From Phycisphaerales bacterium (lineage in GTDB: Bacteria > Planctomycetota > Phycisphaerae > Phycisphaerales > UBA1924), in the NCBI GenBank assembly GCA_965227775.1, contig OZ245777.1:2560001-2624000 (forward strand): a DNA stretch of 64,000 nucleotides, in the 5' to 3' direction. Positions 28,214 through 37,303 of this stretch are shown here, in pieces. The translations under genes were made by a program, and so were the position numbers. Positions within the stretch are counted from its first letter, which is position 1. Each line of letters opens with the position of its first letter. The notes beneath the pieces are model-generated. The model had not been told where the DNA came from. It saw only the letters and a list, made by a program, of their open reading frames with translations, and did not search any database.

Positions 28214-28966
28214 CTACTGGCCAGCCAATTGCAGCCGGCGGCGAAGCAATTGATCGGCCACGGCGAGATCCAACGCCGAGTCGATGTCGACCACGTCTCC
28301 TGGCTCGGTCGTGATCGCGCGATGGTCACTACCCAGGAATGCGTGCGGCTGATCAGCCACTGTGCCAGCGGCGTCCAGTACCGATCGGCGGACGACGATC
28401 ACACCACCGTCGGGCACGAAGGCGGGCTCGAGTTCCTGCCGCCGGTAAACGCCACCAAACAGTCGATCTCCCTGCCAGGGTCGCACCCGACCCGACGAGT
28501 CCACCCGTGAGGTCCACGTCGGATGGAATTTCCCGACGCGGGCGTAGCTCTGGACGCTGTCGCAGCCTGTTTTATGGAACAAGCTGATCGCTCGCTCGAT
28601 CAAGTCGGCGGGCCGAACGGGCACATTCGCATACAGGATCACGACGGCGGCGTGCTCCGAGATTTGGCTGGCTGCATCCGCTTGCGTTAAGGCGAACCTC
28701 GCCGCCGAGTCGATGGTTGCCGTATCTCCCGCAAGGTCGGCCGGCCGGGGCCAATACTCGACACCTGCCTCGGAGACCATCTCGCCAATCTGCTCGTCGT
28801 CGGTCGAGACTCCGATCCGATCGATTGAATCTGTGGATTTGGCGTGTTCGATTGTCCACGCTGCGCACGGTTGTCCCGCAACCATCGCTCGGTTCTTGCC
28901 AGGTAGCCCCTTGCTTCCCGCTCTCGCGAGAATGACGGCAATGGCCGTATCTGGACGATCGCTCAT
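28214..28966 (-). CDS. neuA: Acylneuraminate cytidylyltransferase (NeuA/PseF family)
   Basis: ILARAGSKGLPGKN, VSTDD, RPADLAGD, RRQEL, VDIDSALD. Confidence 0.9.
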   Translation of the reverse strand: MSDRPDTAIAVILARAGSKGLPGKNRAMVAGQPCAAWTIEHAKSTDSIDRIGVSTDDEQIGEMVSEAGVEYWPRPADLAGDTATIDSAARFALTQADAASQISEHAAVVILYANVPVRPADLIERAISLFHKTGCDSVQSYARVGKFHPTWTSRVDSSGRVRPWQGDRLFGGVYRRQELEPAFVPDGGVIVVRRSVLDAAGTVADQPHAFLGSDHRAITTEPGDVVDIDSALDLAVADQLLRRRLQLAGQ

Positions 28967-31900
28967 GCGCCACCGCCTACGTGCGCAACCGACGCCGCCT
29001 CGGTTTGCCGATCCTCCCGATCAAGCCGGCGCCGCGCTGCTTCGGGCAGTGGTAATCCTGCGAAGCGAACGCTCGCCGCCAGGCGGTCGGGGACGATCAT
29101 CGCGCTGCCAAATCTCATAATCATGTCGTCGTACTGCTCGAGCAGCGACGGCAGCATCGACTCGTTGCGAACCAGCCGCGGCACGATCCACGGGGTCACG
29201 AGCCCGCGGTGTCCCTCGGGCAACAGGTCCTCGACCGGCGGCGGGAAGTGGGGGTCGGCGATGTCAACGCTGATGATGTCCACGCGGCTCGCTCGCAGCC
29301 GATCCAGTTCTGTTGCGCCCCAGACAAGCAAGGTGCGTACGTGCACCGATGCAGCACCCGAGTCAAGAAGCTCATCGGCAAGGTCTGCAGCGAACGCATT
29401 GAACCCGCATCGTTCGCAGTCAAGCGTGATAGCCGCATCGGCGGCACCACGCGCGAACGCGAGCACGCGCTGGCATAGATCCTCGTCGGCTTCCTCACCA
29501 AGTACCACACGGAGGTGCGTCGGTCTCTGCGGCGCGGATGCGCTCAGTTCCAAGAGTGGCTCGATCGAAGACTGGCCCTTGACGGCATGCTCGATAGCGG
29601 GCATGAAGGCCGCAAGCCGATCGTGGCTATCTGGGATCAGGCGTCGGCCAAGATCCCGCAGCTTCGGATCAACGGCCACGCAGATGTCGCCCGCGATTGG
29701 ATCTGGCCGTGGGGCATGCGGCGTATACGAGAGCAATCCGCCGATCGTGGCAACCGGACCCGCCAGGGGATTCTCGGCGATCTCCGCGATCGCCGGCCTC
29801 GCGAGCGCACAGGCAGCCAGGCCGGCCGGAGCCTGCGCAAACGCGACATGTCGTGCCTGGGGATCGACCAGCAACCGCTCCGCGACGCGATCAGTAAGGG
29901 CGGCGTCCAAGAGCGCCCAGTCGGAGCCTATGACGAGCGCCCCCGGAGCGCTCAGTTCATCAACGATCGCGAGGGATGCGGCCGGGTCGAACGTCTCATC
30001 GTGCGGCGTCAGCGATGCGACGCCCCCCCGAAAACTCGATCCACAGAACGCTCGGGCAGCACCGATCGCACGACGGCGCTGCTCTAAATCCTCGCTCGCG
30101 GCGTGCACCCTGACCCGAAGGCCTTCCGGTGCCCCGGCGGCCACACGTTTGGCAGCCTCAACATCGGTGGCAACCAGCACCACTTCCGACACGCGCTCGC
30201 AACGCCCCAGCGTCGATAGCGTGGCGTCGACCACCGACCTACCGCCAGCGAGGTCAGCCAGGAGCTCGAGGCCGCGTGATCGACTCTGATTCAGGCCACC
30301 GGTCTCCGGGTCGAACCACACGAGAGCCGGCAGCCTGCCGTCGACATCTCGCGGCGCCGCGATCGATTCGGGCCGCCCATGCGAGTCATCGGTCGATCGC
30401 AGCAACGAAGCCATCCGCTCGGCTGAATCCGCAAGCCAGGAGAGATTCTCTGCGTCCCGCTCGATCCTCTGCGCCTGCACGTCTCGCTCGCTCGCGTCAC
30501 CGTACTGGATGGCGATCGTCCGGTCTCGCTTCGCTCGCCTCAAGCCGCCGGTCTGGTTGAGCAGGTGCGTCAACCAGAACGCCGGCTGTAAGCCCTGCGC
30601 CTCGTCACGTACGGCGTGGATGTCACGGACCTTTGCGTTCATATCTTGCACATCACCGAACGCGTCCAGCGAGCGCACCATCTCTTCGGCGCGTCTGGAG
30701 AGCCCTGCTAGATCGTCGCACTGACTCGCAGCCGCCTCAAACGCGTGCTCCACCGATGCACCCAGCTTCTTGACGGGTGGGTGCTGTGGCAACGCGACCT
30801 CTGTGCCAAAACGGGCGATGGCGTCCTCGAGCAACATCGGTGTCGTGTGCGCCTTCGCGGCGCCCCGTCCGGCATCGATCACCGTTCGTCCCTTTGCTTC
30901 ATCCTCAGCAAAAGCTCGCTCGAACTGCATCAGGTAGGTGTGCAACTGCTCGTCGGTCGCGAGCGGCTGCCCATCGTGATCGATCGTTTGCCGAAGCATC
31001 CGCCGGGCCCGTCCGAGCCGCTCGGCCTCCATCATCTCCAGCGTCCTGAATTCGCCGAGCTCACCCGCCCACACACCATGGATTGCCGCGCCGGCCCCGT
31101 AGTACAAGCCGTCTGTGTACGCCAGATCCTGCCCGACGAGGATCACGGGATCACAGCCGAGATACCGAGCCAAGTAGTACGACAAATGTGCAACCGTGGC
31201 TCCGCCATCCAGCCGGGCGTGTGAGTTGTCACCGAGCAGCCGATCCAGCACCGGATCTGCCGGCATGCGGACGGCACCCGGCCACGCACGCAGGATCGCC
31301 GGGTTTGCCTTGGGCTCTGCCACCAGGGTCACGCCCTCCACGTCCTCGATGGTCAGCCCTTCGTAGAAGCGTCGGCTGATGTCGTGATGATCCAGCGCGG
31401 TTACAAAGTGTGGCTTGATACCGCGTTCGAGCAGTGGCTTAAGCACCGTCTGGGCGGCGATAATGCACACCCGGCCACGCAAGCCGGGCTCGCTCAGCAC
31501 CTCAAAGCTCTCGGCCAGGCTCGGACCGGCACTCACGACGATCGCGGGCGAACCCGAAAGCGCATTGGCTAGGTCGTTGATGCCCGGGTTCGACGCGTAC
31601 GCCCACGCATTCGCAAGCGTGTTCCGCAACGTCTTCTCTGTTTGCACGAGCTTGGTCACCACAGAGGTCTTCGTCGCCGCGATCACCTCGACAAGCCGCT
31701 TGGCGAATCGCTCTCCTTCTTCGCCCAGCCGTCCCGCGCTAGGTGGATGGTTCACGAATCGCACGCCGAGAGCGAGCACGCCCTCCAGCCCGTGCACGCC
31801 CGATGTGATCGCGTCGCTGCTATCGGCCTTGTGCAAGAGCACGACGCGGCCAGACTCGAAGCACTCCGTGTGATCAACGCGCTCCAGCACCGCTCGTAGT

Positions 31901-32292
31901 AGGCCCACGTCCGGCTCGAAGCAGAACACCACCCCCGATTGCCCAACGCGCTTCGAGATCGCATCAACGTGGTAGCCGAGCGAGAAGCCCGGCACGGCGA
32001 AGAGCGCGGCCGCCAGGGGATCGGCCTGTTCGGCCAGCCGTTCGGCCTCACGCAACGGATGCCTTCCCGACGCCAGCAGCCGAGCCTTGCCATCCACCAC
32101 GATCCTACACGTCGGCACCGTGTCAGAGGTCGGTTGGAATTCCGCGTCTTCCCGCGAGGTTGCTTCCATAACGGCGCGGGCCGTCGCCGGCGATGACTTC
32201 GAGAGCGCGCGGAGATTGCGTTCGAGCAACTTTTCGTCGGCAGGCAGGGACATCAGCATCACTCCATGCGGCTCAGTCGTATCGCCATGCAT
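28963..32292 (-). CDS. Maf/DUF115 (MptE-like) protein with long C-terminal extension
   Basis: IVVSAGPSL, GIKPHFVTALD, GATVAHLSYYLARYLGCDPVILVGQDLAY; start uncertain. Confidence 0.85.
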   Translation of the reverse strand: MHGDTTEPHGVMLMSLPADEKLLERNLRALSKSSPATARAVMEATSREDAEFQPTSDTVPTCRIVVDGKARLLASGRHPLREAERLAEQADPLAAALFAVPGFSLGYHVDAISKRVGQSGVVFCFEPDVGLLRAVLERVDHTECFESGRVVLLHKADSSDAITSGVHGLEGVLALGVRFVNHPPSAGRLGEEGERFAKRLVEVIAATKTSVVTKLVQTEKTLRNTLANAWAYASNPGINDLANALSGSPAIVVSAGPSLAESFEVLSEPGLRGRVCIIAAQTVLKPLLERGIKPHFVTALDHHDISRRFYEGLTIEDVEGVTLVAEPKANPAILRAWPGAVRMPADPVLDRLLGDNSHARLDGGATVAHLSYYLARYLGCDPVILVGQDLAYTDGLYYGAGAAIHGVWAGELGEFRTLEMMEAERLGRARRMLRQTIDHDGQPLATDEQLHTYLMQFERAFAEDEAKGRTVIDAGRGAAKAHTTPMLLEDAIARFGTEVALPQHPPVKKLGASVEHAFEAAASQCDDLAGLSRRAEEMVRSLDAFGDVQDMNAKVRDIHAVRDEAQGLQPAFWLTHLLNQTGGLRRAKRDRTIAIQYGDASERDVQAQRIERDAENLSWLADSAERMASLLRSTDDSHGRPESIAAPRDVDGRLPALVWFDPETGGLNQSRSRGLELLADLAGGRSVVDATLSTLGRCERVSEVVLVATDVEAAKRVAAGAPEGLRVRVHAASEDLEQRRRAIGAARAFCGSSFRGGVASLTPHDETFDPAASLAIVDELSAPGALVIGSDWALLDAALTDRVAERLLVDPQARHVAFAQAPAGLAACALARPAIAEIAENPLAGPVATIGGLLSYTPHAPRPDPIAGDICVAVDPKLRDLGRRLIPDSHDRLAAFMPAIEHAVKGQSSIEPLLELSASAPQRPTHLRVVLGEEADEDLCQRVLAFARGAADAAITLDCERCGFNAFAADLADELLDSGAASVHVRTLLVWGATELDRLRASRVDIISVDIADPHFPPPVEDLLPEGHRGLVTPWIVPRLVRNESMLPSLLEQYDDMIMRFGSAMIVPDRLAASVRFAGLPLPEAARRRLDREDRQTEAASVAHVGGGA

Positions 32293-32363
32293 CGGCGTTT
32301 CCGGGGGATACGCTGGAGCCCCGACTCGCCCCAAGAGCCACGTCGGACCCGCGAGGAATACGC

Positions 32364-33002
32364 ATGAACGACCTGATCCAGGCACCCTCGATCCAGCCGC
32401 TGCCTTCGCCTCCCTTGCTCGAGCGATTCTTGTTCGAGCAGCCCTTGCTGCCGGTGATCGTTCTTGCCGTGCTGGCGATCGTCGCGGCCATCGCGTTTGC
32501 CCGCCTCGGCCAGCGCCGAAGGGGCGTTCTGGTGGCCAGCGTGCTGGCCGTGCTCGCAGGTGCCGTGTTCGCCACAGCCGCTCTCATCACGACCGAGCGG
32601 GAACGCCTGCTCGAGCGGAGCGAGGAGCTGATCGGAGCTACCGCCGCCGTGGACACCACCGCGCTGGAGCGCATGCTTTCGGAAGATGCTCGCTTGCAAA
32701 CCTCGGGCGACATCGAGCGTGTGCTGGCATCGATCGATGGCCGAGGCGAGATCATCGATCAGGCCCAATCCCGGCTGCGTCACCGCTTCCAGATCAACGA
32801 GTGGCAAATCCTCGATCGCCAGGCCACCATCGACGGCCCGAACGTTGGTCGCACGCTCGTTCGCGTGGGCGTCGATTCGGACTCCTTCAGTCGCACCCAT
32901 TACTCGTGGTGGCGGCTGCACTGGGAGCTGGACGCAGACGGGCAGTGGCGATGCTTCGAGATCGAGCCACGCTGGATCCAATTCGTCGGCTCGGCCCGCT
33001 AG
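32364..33002 (+). CDS. Hypothetical membrane protein, 2 TMs plus possible NTF2-like domain
   Basis: GAGG RBS; two hydrophobic helices; 'LERMLSEDA...W.L.WELDADGQWR'. Confidence 0.7.
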   Translation: MNDLIQAPSIQPLPSPPLLERFLFEQPLLPVIVLAVLAIVAAIAFARLGQRRRGVLVASVLAVLAGAVFATAALITTERERLLERSEELIGATAAVDTTALERMLSEDARLQTSGDIERVLASIDGRGEIIDQAQSRLRHRFQINEWQILDRQATIDGPNVGRTLVRVGVDSDSFSRTHYSWWRLHWELDADGQWRCFEIEPRWIQFVGSAR

Positions 33003-33005
33003 CCA

Positions 33006-33863
33006 TCATCGAGTCGGAATCCGAACCAGCACGCTCCGCTGGGGTTGGGCGGCTGCTCCCTCGAGCCTCACCGTCCGCTGGGCGCCGTTGAGCAGGTTGT
33101 ACGGGAACTTCTCCTGCATGTCATAGAACGCGGCGCTCCGAAGCCCTGTCTGCGGGTTGACATCCTCAGCCCGAAACAGGCCGACCGTCACGCTGCTGAA
33201 GTTCGGGCCATGGAAGTAAAAGGCCTGCTCGCCCTCGCTCCGAAGCGTGGCAACGGCCCGCTCCGCCGCCCGCCGGGCCTCCTGACGCTCCGACTCGCTC
33301 GGTTGCCGCCCATCGCTGCGTCCATAGCTGCCGATCTGCAGCGTATAGGCGTATCCGGGTCCGTAGGTCTGGCTCACGTTCAGCAGGTCGTACTGAGGGT
33401 TCGAGCCCGCCCTGGGCTTGGGCGGAGTCAACAGCGCTTGCTCAAAGGGCTTGACGCCTCGCATCTCGATCGCTCGCAATCGCGCGAGCTCGGTGGCCGC
33501 ACTCGGATCATCAGGCCCATCGAAGCGCCCGTACGTCAGCACGATGGCCTCGCCGCGCTCCTCCAGGCGGGCGTCTGTCAGCCCCGCTTCCTGGGTCACG
33601 CGGCCGAGGGCGAATTGGGCTGCTTGCGGGGCTTCCTGACCGCGGAACGCCGCGAGCACGATCGTCCAGTCGCCTGACTCTCGGGCCGAGCTGCCACCGC
33701 CGAAGAGCTCCCGGCCCTCTTCAGGGTCGACACCGGCCGGCGATGGGCTCCCCCCGGCACACCCGGCGAGCGTCGCAAGCAGAACTCCCGTGAGCGCCCA
33801 AAAGAGGGCCGCCCCGTTGCTCAATACTTGTCCGACGCAGAATGCCGTACTTTTACCTATCAT
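33006..33863 (-). CDS. Hypothetical lipoprotein (SPOR-like repeats)
   Basis: Lipobox LAGC; 'WTIVLAAF' and 'YTLQIGSY...VTVGLF' units; start uncertain. Confidence 0.75.
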   Translation of the reverse strand: MIGKSTAFCVGQVLSNGAALFWALTGVLLATLAGCAGGSPSPAGVDPEEGRELFGGGSSARESGDWTIVLAAFRGQEAPQAAQFALGRVTQEAGLTDARLEERGEAIVLTYGRFDGPDDPSAATELARLRAIEMRGVKPFEQALLTPPKPRAGSNPQYDLLNVSQTYGPGYAYTLQIGSYGRSDGRQPSESERQEARRAAERAVATLRSEGEQAFYFHGPNFSSVTVGLFRAEDVNPQTGLRSAAFYDMQEKFPYNLLNGAQRTVRLEGAAAQPQRSVLVRIPTR

Positions 33864-33897
33864 TTGTCACCCTGTGCCCAAATTAATTTGCGATGAT

Positions 33898-34065
33898 TCT
33901 CGCCCGCGGAGACCTGCCTAGGGACACTCTACGGCCTCTCGACCCCGCCTCACGAGTCTCCAGGGCCGACTTGAGACATTCTTGGCTACGGGGTCGATCT
34001 TTGTAGCGGTCGCATCGGCTCGGACGATAGTGATGGCGTCCCAGGGATGGGGCATCGGACGGAGA
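33898..34065 (-). ncRNA. Candidate rod-shaped structured RNA (6S-like or leader)
   Basis: Six nested helices including a 10-bp stem; A-C mismatches on + become G-U on -. Confidence 0.4.
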
Positions 34066-34230
34066 GAGCGGTGGTGGAGCGGCGAGGGAACCGTCGCTCA
34101 AGCGTGAGGCAGGGATGTCGAGTTCGGGGGGCTGCGTCGCCTTCCGGCGCTTTGTCGTTGCCAGCCGCGAGGGAAGAGAGGGGTTGTTTCGTTAATGCGT
34201 ACGAGAGATTCAGTCCGGAGACCACACCCC

Positions 34231-34524
34231 ATGTCAGACATCGGCCACGTCCAATCAGGGGGCCACGCTCGCAACATCGAGCCCCGGCCGCTCAACCGTC
34301 CGGTTGCGGCTGACCAGCCAGGCCGCGAAGCGGGAAGCCCTCGACGCCAGCCAGATCGCGTCGATCTTTCCCCGCAGGCCCAAGCCGGCCGCGACGCCGG
34401 CGAGATCAGGGCAGACCTGGTCCTCCGCGTCCGTGAGGAGATCGTGCGCGGCGTGTACGAGACACCTGAGAAACTCGACTCGGCCGTATCAGCGATGATC
34501 AAGGACGCCAACGCAGCAAACTAA
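34231..34524 (+). CDS. flgM: Anti-sigma-28 factor FlgM
   Basis: DRVDLS...IRADLVLRVREEIVRGVYET. Confidence 0.8.
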   Translation: MSDIGHVQSGGHARNIEPRPLNRPVAADQPGREAGSPRRQPDRVDLSPQAQAGRDAGEIRADLVLRVREEIVRGVYETPEKLDSAVSAMIKDANAAN

Positions 34525-34593
34525 GCGTTGAACGCCCGATTTCTCGGGCGTCAGGATTTGCGGATTGGAGAGAGAGCGCGGCGCTGCGATGCC

Positions 34594-35658
34594 TCACGGT
34601 GTCTCGGCGTCGTGCTTTTTCGCATCTTCATCCTGAAGAGGTGCCGGCGGATTGGCGAGCGCATCCATGGCACCGATGACCTGCGACACCGCCCGAGCGA
34701 ATCGAGCACGATCGATCGTCTCCACGGTGTCGTTGGCCGTGTGGTAGTTGGGGTTGCGGAAGTTGGCCGTGTCGGTCAGCATCGCACCCGGCCACCCGCG
34801 TAAGAGGAACTCGGCATGGTCCGACCGCATCAAGTCGGGAGGCGGCACAACGAAGAAATCGATCGCCAGCACGCCCGCCTCAGGCTCGGCTTCGAGCATC
34901 GCGGTCGCAAGGGCTTGCGTGAAGGGCTGGTGCCGCTTGACGCCAAGGATGGCGAGGAAGTCGCCGCGATCGGGCGGCTCGAACCCGCCTATTGGCGGCA
35001 GCGGCGAACGCTGGCTTCCGGGCTCGTCGCTGTAGTAGCCGAGCATCTCAAGCGAGATCGCTCCGTAAACCGTCATCTCGCCGCCGTCCACCGCGGGCCC
35101 GATGTGCTCGACCACATGCTGTCGCGCCCCGATGAGGCCGGTTTCTTCCAGCGTCGTGAACAGGAGGCGGATGCTCCGCTGCCTTGAACGCTCGCGCAGC
35201 AGTCGCGCGGCTTCGAGCAGCGCAACGACGCCCGTCCCGTTGTCGTCCGCCCCCGGGGACCCGAAGTACGCGTCCGTGTGCGCCATCGCGATGAGCCACT
35301 CGGAAGCCAGCTCGCCCTCACCTGGTAGATCGACCCAGATGTTCCGCGGCGTCGGAACGTCATCGGGCGTAATCCTCGCCAGTCGCTCCGGCAGGGGCAC
35401 GTCCTGGGTCTCGGGGGCGTAGCCCAACATTCGCAGCTTCTGAATCACGAGCTCTTCGGTTTGCCGCAGGCCCTCGGCATCTTCTGGAGAGCGATATCCC
35501 GCACGCTCCGTGGGTAGCTCGGCAAGCAGGGCCATCACAGCGTCAGTCTCGACCTCGTGCCAGCGCAACTGGGCAGGCGGGGCGTCTTGAGCCGGAACAG
35601 CTCCGAAAGCGAGCAGGGCGAACCCAAGAGTGCAGCCAATCGCGAGAGCTCGGTTCAT
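34594..35658 (-). CDS. Secreted M28 family peptidase
   Basis: AHTD, PGADDNGTG, LEETGLIG, SLEMLGY, RSDH, YHTAND; signal peptide. Confidence 0.92.
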   Translation of the reverse strand: MNRALAIGCTLGFALLAFGAVPAQDAPPAQLRWHEVETDAVMALLAELPTERAGYRSPEDAEGLRQTEELVIQKLRMLGYAPETQDVPLPERLARITPDDVPTPRNIWVDLPGEGELASEWLIAMAHTDAYFGSPGADDNGTGVVALLEAARLLRERSRQRSIRLLFTTLEETGLIGARQHVVEHIGPAVDGGEMTVYGAISLEMLGYYSDEPGSQRSPLPPIGGFEPPDRGDFLAILGVKRHQPFTQALATAMLEAEPEAGVLAIDFFVVPPPDLMRSDHAEFLLRGWPGAMLTDTANFRNPNYHTANDTVETIDRARFARAVSQVIGAMDALANPPAPLQDEDAKKHDAETP

Positions 35659-35797
35659 AGGTGGCGCCTCCTAGCGGAATCACGATGTCTTCGGACCTTG
35701 GCGACCCGAAAAGTGCGCAATCTCGCGGCGATCCTCTGGCAATGGGCCGAAGCCCTAGCCCACCCATCGTAGAATCTGCAGTCACACGGAGGATTCG

Positions 35798-37303
35798 ATG
35801 CTCAGACTCGGCTTCAAGGCTGCCATACTCCTGATTCTGACTCTCGCGGCTCCCGCGACTGCGCAGCTGCGCGTCACGACCTGGAACCTCACGAACTTCA
35901 ATGGCACCGATGCGGACCGCAACGCGGCCCTTCGCACAGCGCTGTTCGACGAGTTCGATGGGCGGTCCCTCCGACCGGACGTCCTGGTATTTCAGGAGAT
36001 CACCGGCGCTTCGGCGGCAAACCTGTTGCCACCCATCCTGAACGCTGACCCCCGCGGCGGCCAAGACTGGGCACTCGCGGCGTTCATCGACGGCCCTACG
36101 ACCGACAGTGCGCTGGCATACCGCACGTCGCGCGTCTCTATTCGCGACGTCGTTGTCGCATCGCCCGGCGGTAGCTCGCCGCGGCCGCCGCGCAACACCA
36201 TGCGGTACGACCTCGCAATCGCCGGCTATGACACGCCCGTGCTCAGCATCTATAGCACGCACATGAAGGCAGGCACCTCGGGCACCGACCGCGACCGTCG
36301 CGAAGCAGAAGCCCAGGCCATTCGCGACGATGCAGAAGACCTACCCGAAGGCACGCACATCATGCTGCTCGGCGACCTGAACATCCGCAGCTCGAGTGAA
36401 GAGGCATACGAGTTCCTGATCGAGAACCAGCCAGACAACAATGGTCGGTTCTTTGACCCGATTGCCAGCCCGGGCTCGTGGAACGACAGCTCGCTGTTCC
36501 GCTTCTTACACACGCAAGATCCGGTGTCACAAATGGACGACCGTTTCGACTTCATCCTGGTGAACGATGACCTGTTCGACGGCGACGGAATCGAGTACGT
36601 TGGTGACGTGTCGCGAGCCTTCAGTCGCAGCACGTTCAACGACCCTAATCACAGCTACCGCACTTGGGGCAACGATGGCACGAGCTTCGACGACCCGATC
36701 AGCCTGAGCAACGACATGGTCGGCCCGATCATTGCCCGCGCACTGCGCGATGCGCCAGGCGGTTCGCTCGGGCACCTCCCGGTTTTTGTCGATCTGCTGG
36801 TGCCCGCCAAGATCGGTACACTCGCGTCCCTGAACTTTGGCGAGGTGGAGGTCGGTGAGGAAGTCACGCTCGACCTACCTGTCGGAAATCTCGGGAGCCT
36901 TGGGCTGTGGAGCGCTCAAGGCATCCAGCCGCTGCGATTCACGGTTGTCGCGCCATCGCCCTTCAGCACACCGCTCGATCTGTTCGAGGTTCCCGCTGGG
37001 TCGCCGACGGAGTTCGTGCCCATCACGCTCCAAGCAACGACTGCCGGCGACCTTGATACGGAACTCCGGGTCGTCAGCAACGACCCGGACCGGACCGAGG
37101 CGATCGTCCGACTCACGGCGACAGTCGTGGCTAGCGCGTGCCGGGCTGATTTCGACGGCAACGGCCGCTTGGATATCTTCGATTTCCTCGCGTTCCAGAA
37201 CGCGTTCGCCAGCGGGGACCTCGCCGCCGACTTTGACGGCGACGGAGCGTTGACGCTGTTCGACTTCCTGGCCTTCCAGAATGAGTTCGGAGCTGGTTGT
37301 TAA
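35798..37303 (+). CDS. Secreted endonuclease/exonuclease/phosphatase-fold protein with Ig-like and GC-type dockerin-like domains
   Basis: VTTWN, DVLVFQEI, THMKA, LGDLN, RFDFIL, GHLPV; terminal AGC; TAGAAT and GGAGG upstream. Confidence 0.9.
   Translation: MLRLGFKAAILLILTLAAPATAQLRVTTWNLTNFNGTDADRNAALRTALFDEFDGRSLRPDVLVFQEITGASAANLLPPILNADPRGGQDWALAAFIDGPTTDSALAYRTSRVSIRDVVVASPGGSSPRPPRNTMRYDLAIAGYDTPVLSIYSTHMKAGTSGTDRDRREAEAQAIRDDAEDLPEGTHIMLLGDLNIRSSSEEAYEFLIENQPDNNGRFFDPIASPGSWNDSSLFRFLHTQDPVSQMDDRFDFILVNDDLFDGDGIEYVGDVSRAFSRSTFNDPNHSYRTWGNDGTSFDDPISLSNDMVGPIIARALRDAPGGSLGHLPVFVDLLVPAKIGTLASLNFGEVEVGEEVTLDLPVGNLGSLGLWSAQGIQPLRFTVVAPSPFSTPLDLFEVPAGSPTEFVPITLQATTAGDLDTELRVVSNDPDRTEAIVRLTATVVASACRADFDGNGRLDIFDFLAFQNAFASGDLAADFDGDGALTLFDFLAFQNEFGAGC

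Noticed and set aside
34098..34124. Possible sigma-28 promoter TCAAG-N14-GTCGAGTT upstream of flgM
   Set aside because: Context is plausible but the -10 matches GCCGATAA at only 4/8
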